Shown here: piece after piece, positions 18,952 to 28,680 of the stretch | Position numbering within the stretch: the stretch's first letter is position 1 | Layout: each line of letters begins with the position of its first letter | Source: Candidatus Gorgyraea atricola | GTDB taxonomy: Bacteria; Omnitrophota; Gorgyraeia; Gorgyraeales; Gorgyraeaceae | Direction of reading: 5' to 3' | Assembly: GCA_030765235.1 (NCBI GenBank) | Contig: JAVCCW010000006.1 | Span: 1,789 to 65,788, forward strand | DNA length: 64,000 nt | Translations under genes and position numbers: made by a program | Notes under the pieces: model-generated | What the model was told of the DNA's origin: nothing | Seen by the model: only the letters and a program-made list of their open reading frames with translations | The model's database searches: none

Positions 18952-20283
18952 TTAATGCTGGTGCCCTGCTGGATTCTTTTTCTCCTCGACACCCACTGCC
19001 CCGCCATACGCTACTGCTGCCACGCCTGAAAGCTGGCTCTGGGAATCAATAAGAAAATTTGCCTTTGTTACAACCATCTCGCCTTCTTTCAGGCCGCTCA
19101 AGACAGGATAGAATTTAGATTCTACTCCATCAATAGCAGAAGTGGATTCTGGCCCTATCTTGATAATCCTTCCTTCATATGCATCATTACCCTGATTAAT
19201 CCAGACAATTTTACGCACGCCTGTATCCAGCACCGCATCCTTTGGTATTGCCAGGACTTCGTACTCTCCATCAGGCCCCATATACATGCTCATGATCACG
19301 ACATCCACGTACATCTCTGGCTTAAGATGCAGGCCTGGATTCTCCACTTCAGCCCTAAATCTTAAAGAGCGCGTCTTTGGATCAAGCACAGGATTTATAG
19401 AGGCTATAACTCCATGAAATTCCTCGCCGGGTAGACTGGACGTAGTGACCTTTACTTCTCCATCTACCTTTGCCCAACCCAGCTCATATTCGTAGACATC
19501 GCCATAAATCCACATCTTCTCTTCTGGTAAAATTAGACTGGTCTCGACCTCTCTTTTTTCTTCTAATTCATTAATCTGGTCTTCGCTCAAGCCCAATAGT
19601 CTCAATTTTCTCTTTGAAGACTCAACCAGATTCAATGCCCTCTCATTTATCTCCTCAATATTCCCTTGCTGTATCTTATCAGAGACCTTTAGGGCCGCGA
19701 TAAATTCCTCCTGGGCAATCGCGAGTCCCGGGTCATAGGCAACTCTGCCTACTGTGCGGATCTCTTTATAGAGATGGAGTTTCTTTGCCGGTTCAGTTCT
19801 AACACCGGCCAGCTGTATTTGCTCGCCTTTTATTTTAACCTTACTAACAACGCCTTTTAACTCTTCTGCCTCTTCTTTTGATAATTCAATCAGATCCATC
19901 CCGCATATGGGACAAGTAGACATACCCTCTATGTCCTTCATAAGAAACACGTGCTCTGCCCCTTCCATGCCACAACCATAATACGCATCCGCCTCGTCTT
20001 GTCCCTTGCCTGCCCCGTATGAAATCTTTGATTTTCGTATGGGGTCCCTTGTCCCTTGTCCCTGATCTTTATACACAGGCGTCAAATACATATTACATAT
20101 AGGACATGATTTGTTACCTTTGTTATATTCCTCCACAGAAACTTTAACGCTAGGGTGCATGCCGCAGGTGTAATGTAATATCCCGTCGCTCGCATCTTGC
20201 TTATCGCTTGTTTTGCCCTGGCTGCAGCCTGTAATCGCAAAAATCGCAATAAATAATATTATAAAAATACTTTTACCTTTCAT
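18952..20283 (-). CDS. cusB: CusB-like RND periplasmic adaptor with heavy-metal-binding domains
   Basis: Lipobox ITGC, YTCGMHP..CPIC.M.L, second CPICGMDL, LKPEMY, ANFLIDSQSQL. Confidence 0.9.
   Translation of the reverse strand: MKGKSIFIILFIAIFAITGCSQGKTSDKQDASDGILHYTCGMHPSVKVSVEEYNKGNKSCPICNMYLTPVYKDQGQGTRDPIRKSKISYGAGKGQDEADAYYGCGMEGAEHVFLMKDIEGMSTCPICGMDLIELSKEEAEELKGVVSKVKIKGEQIQLAGVRTEPAKKLHLYKEIRTVGRVAYDPGLAIAQEEFIAALKVSDKIQQGNIEEINERALNLVESSKRKLRLLGLSEDQINELEEKREVETSLILPEEKMWIYGDVYEYELGWAKVDGEVKVTTSSLPGEEFHGVIASINPVLDPKTRSLRFRAEVENPGLHLKPEMYVDVVIMSMYMGPDGEYEVLAIPKDAVLDTGVRKIVWINQGNDAYEGRIIKIGPESTSAIDGVESKFYPVLSGLKEGEMVVTKANFLIDSQSQLSGVAAVAYGGAVGVEEKKNPAGHQH
19997..20062 (+). repeat. 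Palindromic element plus heptamers, inside cusB
   Basis: CCCCGTATGAAATCTTTGATTTTCGTATGGGG (20013-20044) flanked by CCCTTGT units; near-identical to the 9.2-kb copy. Confidence 0.85.
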
Positions 20284-21536
20284 TATAAACTCCTCCCAAC
20301 AACTCGTTCAAGATATGCAATTGACTTCTGATAATCGACTATTGTCTTGTAATGCGCCAATTTTGTCTGTAAAAGTACCCTCTCGGCATCGAGCCAGTTC
20401 AAAAAATCTACTTTACCTGTTTCATAGCTGGTCCTTGCCGCATCATAAGCCTGCTCTGCCTGCGGCACCAGGGCAGTTTTATAAAGAGAGACTATATCTT
20501 TATAGGTGGTGATCTTAAAATATAAATCCTCGACCTCATAATCCACGACATTTTCCACATCTTCGTGATTTTTCTTGCTTGATTCTAAAAGTGCTTTCTT
20601 CTCTTTAACCTGGGCGTTTAATTTGCCAAACCAGATCGGGACACTTATTGCCACTTTGCCCATCCACGCATCGTCTCCGTCGTTTGGCTGTGTGGTGCTG
20701 CCGCTTCCTACTTCGATATAGTCAACACCAAATGTAAAATCAGGGAGGTAATCCAATCTTGCCAGAGACCTTTCGTATTTGGCCCTTTCTATATCTAACT
20801 TCGCAGCGAGTAGCTGCTGACTGGACTCCTCTGATATCCGGTGTAGTTCGTCAAGTTCATAGGTAAATTCCATTGATTCAACATCACCTGTCTTGCCTAA
20901 TTCTTCGCCCCTTGGCCTATTAAGGAGTCTGTTCGCCTTTGCCTCCAGGCTCTTTCTATTCTGCCTCAAAAGGAATAACTTATCGATCAATTTTGAAAGC
21001 TCCACCTGCGCCTTGATAACATCCTGCTGGGGCGTAAGATTTGATTCATACTTGCGCTGCGCCACCTTTTCCAGGCCCTCTATTATTGCCTTTTCCTCTT
21101 CTGTTATTTTAATCGCCTTATCCACCCAGAAAATATCATAATACAAAAATTTTACATCCTTTATGATCTCACGCTTCGCAGCTTCGTATTTTTCTTCCAA
21201 TATGCTGGCAAGCTTGGCCTGGGCCTTTCCCTTAAGGCCTAATTTTCCAGGAAACGGGATCTTCTGGGAAACACCGTACTTATGCTCCTGCGGGCCGACC
21301 CTTGTCTCAACGCTCTCGCCAAAATATCCATAGCTAGCTGTAGGATCAGGAAGCCCCCTTACATATCTTGACTTATACTCAGCTGCCTTCCACTCGCTAT
21401 GCACTGCCTGGATCTTTGGATTATTATTCAGCGCTTCATCAATGAGTGAATCAAGCGTTACTATCTCTTCTGAATAGGCATGCCCTGCGGTAATCATCAA
21501 TACAAAAATTATAAAAATAAAGTATCGCATATTCAT
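20283..21536 (-). CDS. TolC/CusC outer membrane efflux protein
   Basis: Signal peptide, AL.NNP.I, LPDP, QKIPFPGKL, YETGKVDFL..LDA. Confidence 0.92.
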   Translation of the reverse strand: MNMRYFIFIIFVLMITAGHAYSEEIVTLDSLIDEALNNNPKIQAVHSEWKAAEYKSRYVRGLPDPTASYGYFGESVETRVGPQEHKYGVSQKIPFPGKLGLKGKAQAKLASILEEKYEAAKREIIKDVKFLYYDIFWVDKAIKITEEEKAIIEGLEKVAQRKYESNLTPQQDVIKAQVELSKLIDKLFLLRQNRKSLEAKANRLLNRPRGEELGKTGDVESMEFTYELDELHRISEESSQQLLAAKLDIERAKYERSLARLDYLPDFTFGVDYIEVGSGSTTQPNDGDDAWMGKVAISVPIWFGKLNAQVKEKKALLESSKKNHEDVENVVDYEVEDLYFKITTYKDIVSLYKTALVPQAEQAYDAARTSYETGKVDFLNWLDAERVLLQTKLAHYKTIVDYQKSIAYLERVVGRSL

Positions 21537-21712
21537 CCTTCGACTCCTTTCAGTCGTCCTTCGACGCGCTTCGCTTGCTCAGGACGACCCTGAGTCCCTC
21601 GACTTTGCTCGGGATGATTCACGAGAGATGGTGAGCCCCTCGACTCCGCTCGGGACGGTTCAAGGAGTGGTGAGCCTGTCGAACCGCTTGTCGAACCACT
21701 TGTCGAATGGGT
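21537..21712. repeat. Cluster of nested C(T/C)TCGAC..GCTC(A/G)GGA / TGTCGAA REP-like repeats
   Basis: Four C(T/C)TCGAC starts, three GCTC(A/G)GGA, three TGTCGAA units in 175 bp. Confidence 0.75.
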
Positions 21713-21716
21713 CATA

Positions 21717-22001
21717 TCAAGCACTCCTTCTGAACCTCTGTATTAAATTAACAATCTCATCTACCTTTTTTTCCTTTTCAGATTTAGATTTCCCTTTTAA
21801 TGCATGCACAACGCATCCATCTATGTGCTTCCTGAAGATATTATTCTCTACTCTATAGAGCGCTCCTATAATAGAGTGTATTTGAGTGATGATATCCACG
21901 CAATATCTTTTTTCGTCAATCATCCTCTGGATTCCCTTGACCTGACCCTCGATCCTCTTTAAAGGTACTAGCTGTTCCGGGTGTACGGTTTTCTGTTTCA
22001 T
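21717..22001 (-). CDS. csoR: CsoR/RcnR-family metal-sensing repressor
   Basis: LKRIEGQVKGIQRMI...YCVDII.Q, H...C; start refined to MKQKTVH. Confidence 0.9.
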   Translation of the reverse strand: MKQKTVHPEQLVPLKRIEGQVKGIQRMIDEKRYCVDIITQIHSIIGALYRVENNIFRKHIDGCVVHALKGKSKSEKEKKVDEIVNLIQRFRRSA

Positions 22002-22023
22002 GGCAATCTCTCCTCCCACTACA

Positions 22024-22053
22024 AGTATACCCTACCCCCCTACCCTATGTCAA
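22024..22053 (-). promoter_or_regulatory. Promoter with CsoR-type G-tract operator
   Basis: TTGACA-TAGGGTAGGGGGTAGGG-TATACT (17-bp G-rich spacer typical of CsoR/RcnR operators). Confidence 0.8.
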
Positions 22054-22064
22054 GGGGAAAATAA

Positions 22065-22096
22065 AAATACCCTCCTTGAGAAAAAGAGGGTATTTT
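22065..22096 (-). terminator. Hairpin terminator after the response regulator
   Basis: AAAATACCCTC ... GAGGGTATTTT inverted repeat. Confidence 0.6.
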
Positions 22097-22111
22097 AGTA
22101 AATAAAAACTA

Positions 22112-22480
22112 TTAGCCCGCTATCGCCTCTTCTACGATCTTCATTACCTCTTCCCTGTTAATGGGTTTCATGCAGAATACAGTATTGGCCACTGCCTGGT
22201 CATGCTGCTCCAATAGATTTCCGAGTTTTGACAAGAAACCCGATATGACACATATCTTAGTATCTTTATCTATGACCCTAAAATCCTTTAATAGCTCCTG
22301 GCCATCCTTGTCAGGCAATGCCAGGTCTAAAAATACGAGATTATATTTTTTCGGCTTGAATAAATCCATGCCTTCTTTGGCTGTTTTTGCAAAATCGAGA
22401 TTATGGTCAAATTTTTCCAGAACAGATTTAAAGGCATCTCTTATTAATTTATCATCATCAATAATAAGTATACGAGCCAT
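22112..22480 (-). CDS. Single-domain response regulator
   Basis: ILIIDDD, FLDL.LPD.DG, ISG, KP. Confidence 0.9.
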   Translation of the reverse strand: MARILIIDDDKLIRDAFKSVLEKFDHNLDFAKTAKEGMDLFKPKKYNLVFLDLALPDKDGQELLKDFRVIDKDTKICVISGFLSKLGNLLEQHDQAVANTVFCMKPINREEVMKIVEEAIAG

Positions 22481-22489
22481 ATTCCCCTC

Positions 22490-24466
22490 CTAACAAGGTA
22501 AGGACAATACTGCCTCTGTGCCCTTTTTCTCCTCAGAATAGATCTCTATCTTTCCTCTATGCTGGTCCATAATATTCTTTACTATGGACATGCCCATGCC
22601 CAGGCCTCTTCCAATAGGCTTGGTTGTGAAAAACGGATCAAAAATCTTTTTAAGGTGCTCTTTTTTAATGCCCTGGCCTTTGTCCTTGATCTTTACCTTT
22701 ACCATGTCATTTTCTAAGTAACTTTCTATGCTGATCTTTTTAGACTTCAAATCTAAAACAGCATCCTTAGCATTTAACAATAGATTCAATATCACCTGCT
22801 GCAGCGCATTAACTGAAACATCAACGCCTGGCAGGTCCTTTCCATAATTCTTTACTAATTCGATCTTGTTTATTTTAAACTCGTGAAAGACAAATGGTAT
22901 TGCTGATTCAATTACATCGTTTATATCTTCTTTTTTCAAGACCAATTCTTCTTTACGCGAAAACACAAGGAGCTTGGAAACCACCCCTGAAATCCTTTTA
23001 AGTCCGCCTTCTATCTGCGATAAGGCCTTGTACTCCTTACTCTTTTTCTTTTTCTCTGAGGCAAGATCCCCTGCGAGCAGCATAACACCCATTAAAGGAT
23101 TGTTTATCTCGTGCGCCATGCCTGCTGAAAGAGTACCCATGGCAGCCATTTTTTCTGCCTGGATAAGCTGATCCTGTGTTTCCTTAAGTCTCTCGTACGC
23201 CTTGTTTAAATCTGACTCTGCCTTTTTTCGCTCAGCTATTTCTCTATTGAGATCATATATTGAAGTAGTCGTCCTTTTTAGGTTTTCTGTCATGCTGTTA
23301 AATGCAATTGCTAAAGCCGCTATCTCATCCTTTGATTTAATCTCTACCTTAGTATCTAAATTACCCTTGCCTATATTAATCGTCGCGTGCATCAGTTTTC
23401 TCAAGGGCTTTAGAATAGATCTGGAAATCAAAGCGCCTATCAAGACAGCAAGTATGGTCAGGATAAACGATGTAGCTAACATAGCATTTCTCAATCTAAT
23501 AACAGAAGCGAATATCTCTCCTGTCTCATGTTCTACTATTAAAATCCAACCTAGACCCTTAAAATCTCTGTACCCTCTTGAATGGGCATAGGCAAATAAC
23601 CGTTTTCCTTCGCTATGTTCACTTTCTATGAAAAACCCTTTATCTCCTTTCATTCCTTTGAAGAACTCCTGATTAGATATATCCTTAAAAAAGCTAATAT
23701 TCTTTTTCTCTCCTGTAAAGTGAACCAGTCTGCCATTTTTATTTACTAACTTAAAATATCTGCTTCTATATTGTTCACTTGGTGCAACAGACTTTATTAT
23801 ATTAATTGCCTCTTCTATATTCAAAACAACCTTTATAACGCCAATAAAATCTCCATTACTATCTTCAACCCTTACTGCAATATCAGTAGAATAAAGATCT
23901 GCGCTTTCATCATATTTGACATCTCTTATAAACAGACCTTTATCCTTTGCCTGGAGCCACCACGCCTCATCATCCTGTCTATAGTCAGAGGTCTTTCCTG
24001 TTAGCGCGACATTAACACCGTATTGATTTGTTACAAATACCTCGCCAAAAACCCTGTATCCATATTTCTCTTCATAGAAGTTTATTTTTTCTCTTAACTC
24101 ACCTGATAATCTATTGTCAATCAGTTCCTGCATGAAAGGAGTTATTGTCTCTTTTGGCGCAGAAACCCATTCCTCGTCTTTAGTGGTAATATAGGTCTGT
24201 ATATCATCCAGGTCTTTGAACGCTTGATTTGATTCTAAAAGCATCTGCTGCAGCAGTAAATGCTTTGAATATTCTTCGAATGTCTCTATCTTACTATAGA
24301 TATCCCTGTCTATCTTATCAATGATCTCGCTGGCCAATGACACAGAGTTCTCTCCAATATGCTTTTGTAATGCATCCTGACTTACATCAATAGAGAGGTA
24401 TCCTATCAGCGCGACCAATGCTGCGACTGCTAAGAATCCTAAGATCAGTTTTTGGCTTATTTTCAT
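22490..24466 (-). CDS. Sensor histidine kinase (Cache-like, HAMP, HisKA, HATPase)
   Basis: Two TM segments, DEI..LA.AFN.M, AHEINNPL, NLLLNA, D.G.GI, FDPFFTTK, G.GMG. Confidence 0.93.
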   Translation of the reverse strand: MKISQKLILGFLAVAALVALIGYLSIDVSQDALQKHIGENSVSLASEIIDKIDRDIYSKIETFEEYSKHLLLQQMLLESNQAFKDLDDIQTYITTKDEEWVSAPKETITPFMQELIDNRLSGELREKINFYEEKYGYRVFGEVFVTNQYGVNVALTGKTSDYRQDDEAWWLQAKDKGLFIRDVKYDESADLYSTDIAVRVEDSNGDFIGVIKVVLNIEEAINIIKSVAPSEQYRSRYFKLVNKNGRLVHFTGEKKNISFFKDISNQEFFKGMKGDKGFFIESEHSEGKRLFAYAHSRGYRDFKGLGWILIVEHETGEIFASVIRLRNAMLATSFILTILAVLIGALISRSILKPLRKLMHATINIGKGNLDTKVEIKSKDEIAALAIAFNSMTENLKRTTTSIYDLNREIAERKKAESDLNKAYERLKETQDQLIQAEKMAAMGTLSAGMAHEINNPLMGVMLLAGDLASEKKKKSKEYKALSQIEGGLKRISGVVSKLLVFSRKEELVLKKEDINDVIESAIPFVFHEFKINKIELVKNYGKDLPGVDVSVNALQQVILNLLLNAKDAVLDLKSKKISIESYLENDMVKVKIKDKGQGIKKEHLKKIFDPFFTTKPIGRGLGMGMSIVKNIMDQHRGKIEIYSEEKKGTEAVLSLPC

Positions 24467-24553
24467 TATTTAGATTTGACTTTTTTAGACTTTTTTTTAC
24501 CAAAAAACCATTTTTTTAACCGAAATTGTATCTTATACCTTCCCCTGCAAAGT

Positions 24554-25171
24554 CTATTGCTTATTAACTTCATTCGTAGCCCCCTCGCTGCGCTTTTTGC
24601 CAAAGTTGAATATTTTTCTTACAAATCTGAACATCATCTTCAGGAACCATATAGAAAACGCGATAAAAAGTATAACAAGCACGCCGGTTATTATAGGGTG
24701 ATTCACGATCATCCATAAGACACCCACTACAAGCGCATCCTCTGAGACACTCGCAATAGAGTTTGTGACTGGTTCAGGTGAGGTGTTTATTGCAGCTCGC
24801 GTGGTTGCCTTTGTAAGGTGTGAGTCCATAGCAACTGTGCCGCTTAAGAGCGCCGCGGGTATCTGCGCAACCGGCCCTATATCAGCCATTGCCATATATG
24901 AAAGCGCTGCGCCACCCAGAGGTCTTATAAAAGTATGCACTGAATCCCATGCTGAATCCACAAGTGGAATTTTATCAGCAAAAAACTCCACTGCATACAT
25001 CAGTATTGCTATTGCAATGACAAAAGGATTAGAGATCGCATCAAGATTCCCAGGAAGGCTTAAAATCCCAAGTTTATCCATAATCCCGAGCCCGGCAATA
25101 GTAAGATAAAGATTTACACCCGAAGCCCACGAACCACCTAACATAACTCCTAAATTAGCTAATACATCCAT
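24554..25171 (-). CDS. DUF4126 membrane protein
   Basis: WASGVNLY, EFFADKIP.VDS.WD.VHTFIR, SPEP..N...S..ED. Confidence 0.85.
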   Translation of the reverse strand: MDVLANLGVMLGGSWASGVNLYLTIAGLGIMDKLGILSLPGNLDAISNPFVIAIAILMYAVEFFADKIPLVDSAWDSVHTFIRPLGGAALSYMAMADIGPVAQIPAALLSGTVAMDSHLTKATTRAAINTSPEPVTNSIASVSEDALVVGVLWMIVNHPIITGVLVILFIAFSIWFLKMMFRFVRKIFNFGKKRSEGATNEVNKQ

Positions 25172-25231
25172 AACACCCTCCTCTTAAGAACAGTATAGTA
25201 TACAAAACTCCCCTGTCAAGAGACTAGGAGA

Positions 25232-25927
25232 CTATTCTATTGCCTTTAGGAAGGTTTGTTTGCTGATTTGTTCGATTAACAAAGCTAGGCGTTGGCGAGG
25301 TTTGGCGTTTTGTTTGTAGAAGGTTACTACTTTTTTGATCAATGGCAAAATCTCATCTTCTGTTAAAATCTTATCCAGCTTAAACCCGACTCGCGGAGTC
25401 TTTCCTCCACAGCCACCCAGATATACTGCATAGCCTGCTCCTTTTTCAGGATCGACTGCGCCGTGTAGACCTATTTCAGAACTCTGGGCCCGAGTACAGG
25501 TATTTGGGCAGCCAGATATGACTATCTTAAACTTGTGCGGGAGATCTATGCCGCATAGAATGCCAGCTTTTTCTATTTTCTCAAAAAGAGCAAATGTATT
25601 AACAAGGCCACGTTTACACCAATTATTTCCAGGGCACGCAGTGGTTGCCCTTAAGCGCGAACCAGAAGTACCTGTTTGTATACCTGCGTCCTTTATTTCT
25701 TTTTCAACGCGTTCTATATCCTCAAATCTTATGAACGGCACTTCTATACCCTGGCGAACTGTAAGATGCGTAAATCCCTTGCCATATTTTTTAGAGATCT
25801 CTGAAATCTTTTCTAGATGAGCCCCTTTATAATTTCCAGAAGACATCCTGGTCCGCAGGGTAAAATATCCATCTTGTTTGGCGCGCAAAAATCCGCGTTT
25901 TTTTAAAACATCATAATCTATGCTCAT
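25232..25927 (-). CDS. Half-size siroheme nitrite/sulfite reductase
   Basis: LTVRQGIE, ACPG..WC, LPHKFKI.ISGCPNTC, YLGG.GG. Confidence 0.85.
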   Translation of the reverse strand: MSIDYDVLKKRGFLRAKQDGYFTLRTRMSSGNYKGAHLEKISEISKKYGKGFTHLTVRQGIEVPFIRFEDIERVEKEIKDAGIQTGTSGSRLRATTACPGNNWCKRGLVNTFALFEKIEKAGILCGIDLPHKFKIVISGCPNTCTRAQSSEIGLHGAVDPEKGAGYAVYLGGCGGKTPRVGFKLDKILTEDEILPLIKKVVTFYKQNAKPRQRLALLIEQISKQTFLKAIE

Positions 25928-27057
25928 AATCTCTCAAAAGCCTCCCTTATTGTATCAATAGTCTCGTCGATGTCCTTCTTTGTATGACTGAATGAAAGAA
26001 AATTCGCCTCATTCTCTGAAGGCGCGAAATAAATACCTTTTCCAAGAAGCCTTTTATAAAAAGTCTGGAACTGTTTCCTTTTCTTGAATCTTATACTGAA
26101 TATGGTTTTGTAAGCTACTACCTGTAGATCAATTCTATGTTTTGCTGCTTCTTTCCTGATGTGGCTCGTCAATTTCTCTGTCAGATCTTCTAGGAATTCA
26201 TATCTCTTTAAAAACAGTGCCTTAAGGGCTGCTATGCCTGAACTCATCACTATTGGGTTTCCTGCAAATGTTGAACCTTGATGCACTGTACCCAAAGGCG
26301 CGAGTTTGTTCATAATCTCATTTCGGCCTCCATATGCACCTATAGGCAACCCACCTCCAATGATCTTTCCCAAGCAAATTAAATCAGGCTTAATGCCCAG
26401 TATGCTAGCGATAGAACCAAATCTGAATCTAAATCCCGCGATAACCTCGTCGAAAATTAGAAGCGACCCATATTTTTTAGTTAGCGCTCTCAGGCGCTTT
26501 AGAAAATCCCTATCAGGAAGCACCACGCCATGATTCCCACCTACAGGTTCTACGATAACGCCTGCTATATTTCGGCCGTGTTTTTTGAAAATCCCTTCTA
26601 CTGACTCTTTGCTTACTTCGTCTAAAAGATACTCAGCATGGCCATGGTATGCATTTTTTAATTTCAAGATCCTATTTCTTCCTGTATAACCTCTTGCCAG
26701 GTGAGTCGCGCCTAAAACTGCTTCACTGCCTGAATTTACAAAACGCAATTTATCAATAAAAGGGATTGCCTTTTTAATAAGTCGCGCAAGTTCTATCTCT
26801 TTTAAATTAGTAGCGCCAAAGCTGAAACCATTCCCAAGAGCTGATTTTACGTCTTTTACTACGGAAGGGTGCGCGTGACCTAAAATCAAAGCGCCATACG
26901 AAAGCACATAATCAATATAGGAATTGCCATCATAGTCATAGACCCTGGCGGCTTTTCCTTTTTTTATTAAAATAGGCTCTCTCTCTACATATTTGAACGA
27001 ACGGATAGGACTATTTACTCCGCCGACCAAGTGTTTTTTTGCTTCTTTAAGGATCAT
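25924..27057 (-). CDS. hemL: Glutamate-1-semialdehyde 2,1-aminomutase (short)
   Basis: GGVNSPIR, FVNSGSEA, YHGH, IFDEVIAGFR, GKIIGGGLP. Confidence 0.92.
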   Translation of the reverse strand: MILKEAKKHLVGGVNSPIRSFKYVEREPILIKKGKAARVYDYDGNSYIDYVLSYGALILGHAHPSVVKDVKSALGNGFSFGATNLKEIELARLIKKAIPFIDKLRFVNSGSEAVLGATHLARGYTGRNRILKLKNAYHGHAEYLLDEVSKESVEGIFKKHGRNIAGVIVEPVGGNHGVVLPDRDFLKRLRALTKKYGSLLIFDEVIAGFRFRFGSIASILGIKPDLICLGKIIGGGLPIGAYGGRNEIMNKLAPLGTVHQGSTFAGNPIVMSSGIAALKALFLKRYEFLEDLTEKLTSHIRKEAAKHRIDLQVVAYKTIFSIRFKKRKQFQTFYKRLLGKGIYFAPSENEANFLSFSHTKKDIDETIDTIREAFERL

Positions 27058-27059
27058 GA

Positions 27060-27974
27060 CTAATTCACCCACCTTGCAATATCTTTCGCATGATACGTAA
27101 TGATAAAATCCGCTCCTGCGCGTTTTATCGAAGAAATAATTTCCAAAACCAGATCTTTTTCTTGCCTGGTGCTATTTTTCACCATAGCATACTCTCCGCT
27201 GACATTATAAACAGCTAGAGGATGATCAAATCTATCCCTTGCCTCTTTAACAACATCCAGATACCCCAGTGCTGGCTTTACCATTACAATGTCTGCGCCT
27301 TCTTTTATGTCAGCCTCGATTTCTTTTAAGGCATCTTCCCTCTTGGTAAAATCCAGCTGATATGTCCTTTTGCCGAACCTGGGAGCTGAATCTACTATAT
27401 CCCTGAAAGGCCCATAAAAATTTGAAGCGAACTTTGCTGAATAGCCAAGTATCTTTGTTTTCTTAAAACCTTTTTTATCCAGAGTCTTTCTTATTGCCTT
27501 TACCTGATCCTTTGCCATTGCTGAAGGCGCTACATAGTCAGCGCCTGCCTGCGCATGAGACAGAGCAATCTTTGCCAAAATCTTTAAAGTCTTGTTATTA
27601 TCTATAATACACCCTTGTCCCTTGTCTCTTGTCTCTTGTTTCTTTATAACACCACAGTGGCCGTGTGAGGTATAGGCACATAAACACACATCAGTGATAA
27701 CAGTTATTTCAGGGAAAGATCTCTTTAGTAACTTCAGAGATTCAGAAACTATATTCTTTTTTCCATAAGCGCTTTTACCATACCAGTCTTTTCTGTCAGG
27801 AATACCAAAAAGTAATATCTTTTTAATGCCCAATCTCTGCAAGGAAAGCGCCTCATCCAGCAACATATCAGGAGAAAATCTATACACCCCTGGCATAGAA
27901 GGGATCTTCTCGCGCAAATACTTTCCCTTTTTTACAAATAGAGGGTAGATCAGATTATCGAGCTTTATGTCCAT
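27060..27974 (-). CDS. hemB: Porphobilinogen synthase (Zn-type)
   Basis: DVCLCAYTSHGHCG, FYGPFRD, MVKP, YNVSGEY. Confidence 0.95.
   Translation of the reverse strand: MDIKLDNLIYPLFVKKGKYLREKIPSMPGVYRFSPDMLLDEALSLQRLGIKKILLFGIPDRKDWYGKSAYGKKNIVSESLKLLKRSFPEITVITDVCLCAYTSHGHCGVIKKQETRDKGQGCIIDNNKTLKILAKIALSHAQAGADYVAPSAMAKDQVKAIRKTLDKKGFKKTKILGYSAKFASNFYGPFRDIVDSAPRFGKRTYQLDFTKREDALKEIEADIKEGADIVMVKPALGYLDVVKEARDRFDHPLAVYNVSGEYAMVKNSTRQEKDLVLEIISSIKRAGADFIITYHAKDIARWVN
27612..27639 (+). repeat. Four 7-bp tandem repeats C(C/T)CTTGT inside hemB
   Basis: CCCTTGT CCCTTGT CTCTTGT CTCTTGT, translated as QETRDKGQG. Confidence 0.8.
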
Positions 27975-28680
27975 TTTTCACCGCCTCTCCTACTATAAGA
28001 ACTGCCGGGGGTTTAACTTTAAATCTCTTCACCTGATTTTCTATTGTGCCAATAGTACCACGGATAATCCGCGAATCTTTTCTGGTTGCCTTTTCTATAA
28101 AGGCGCATGGTGTGGCCTTTCTCTTCCCACTTTTAAGAACAGCCTTTACGATATTTCTGATATTGGCCACTCCCATTAAGTATATAAGCGTGGCGCAGTC
28201 TGGCGCGTCGATCTCAGCGTCTTTGTCTTTTTTACGGCCTGTAAGTATCGCGACTGATGAGACCCTGTTCTTTATAGTCAAAGGGGTGTTAAAGCTTTCA
28301 GGCCCGGCAATGGCTGAGGTTATGCCTGGGATCACCTCAAATCTTATGCCTCTCTGAGAAAGATATTTCGCCTCTTCATATCCGCGGCTAAATATAAAAG
28401 GGTCTCCACCTTTCAGGCGCACAACGTTTTTGTGTACCAACGACTTCCTATATAAAAGATTATTTATCTCGCTTTGTTCCTTTAAATGCAATCCATCTTT
28501 TTTGCCCACGCATATTTTCTCAGCAGAGCGCTTGGCATATCTCAAAAGTTCTGGACTGGACAGAAAATCATACAGAACACAGTCTGACTTTTTAAGCGCG
28601 TTAAAGCCCTTTACGCTAATAAGCTCGGGATCACCTGGCCCAGCTCCCACAATATATACCTTGCCTGGTTTCCGCTTCAT
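27955..28680 (-). CDS. cobA: Uroporphyrinogen-III C-methyltransferase
   Basis: VGAGPGDPEL, RLKGGDPFIF, IPGITSA. Confidence 0.95.
   Translation of the reverse strand: MKRKPGKVYIVGAGPGDPELISVKGFNALKKSDCVLYDFLSSPELLRYAKRSAEKICVGKKDGLHLKEQSEINNLLYRKSLVHKNVVRLKGGDPFIFSRGYEEAKYLSQRGIRFEVIPGITSAIAGPESFNTPLTIKNRVSSVAILTGRKKDKDAEIDAPDCATLIYLMGVANIRNIVKAVLKSGKRKATPCAFIEKATRKDSRIIRGTIGTIENQVKRFKVKPPAVLIVGEAVKNGHKAR

Noticed and set aside
21533-21724. 63-aa minus ORF and 76-aa plus ORF between tolC and csoR
   Set aside because: They are translations of the repeat cluster or antisense to csoR; low complexity, no protein motif
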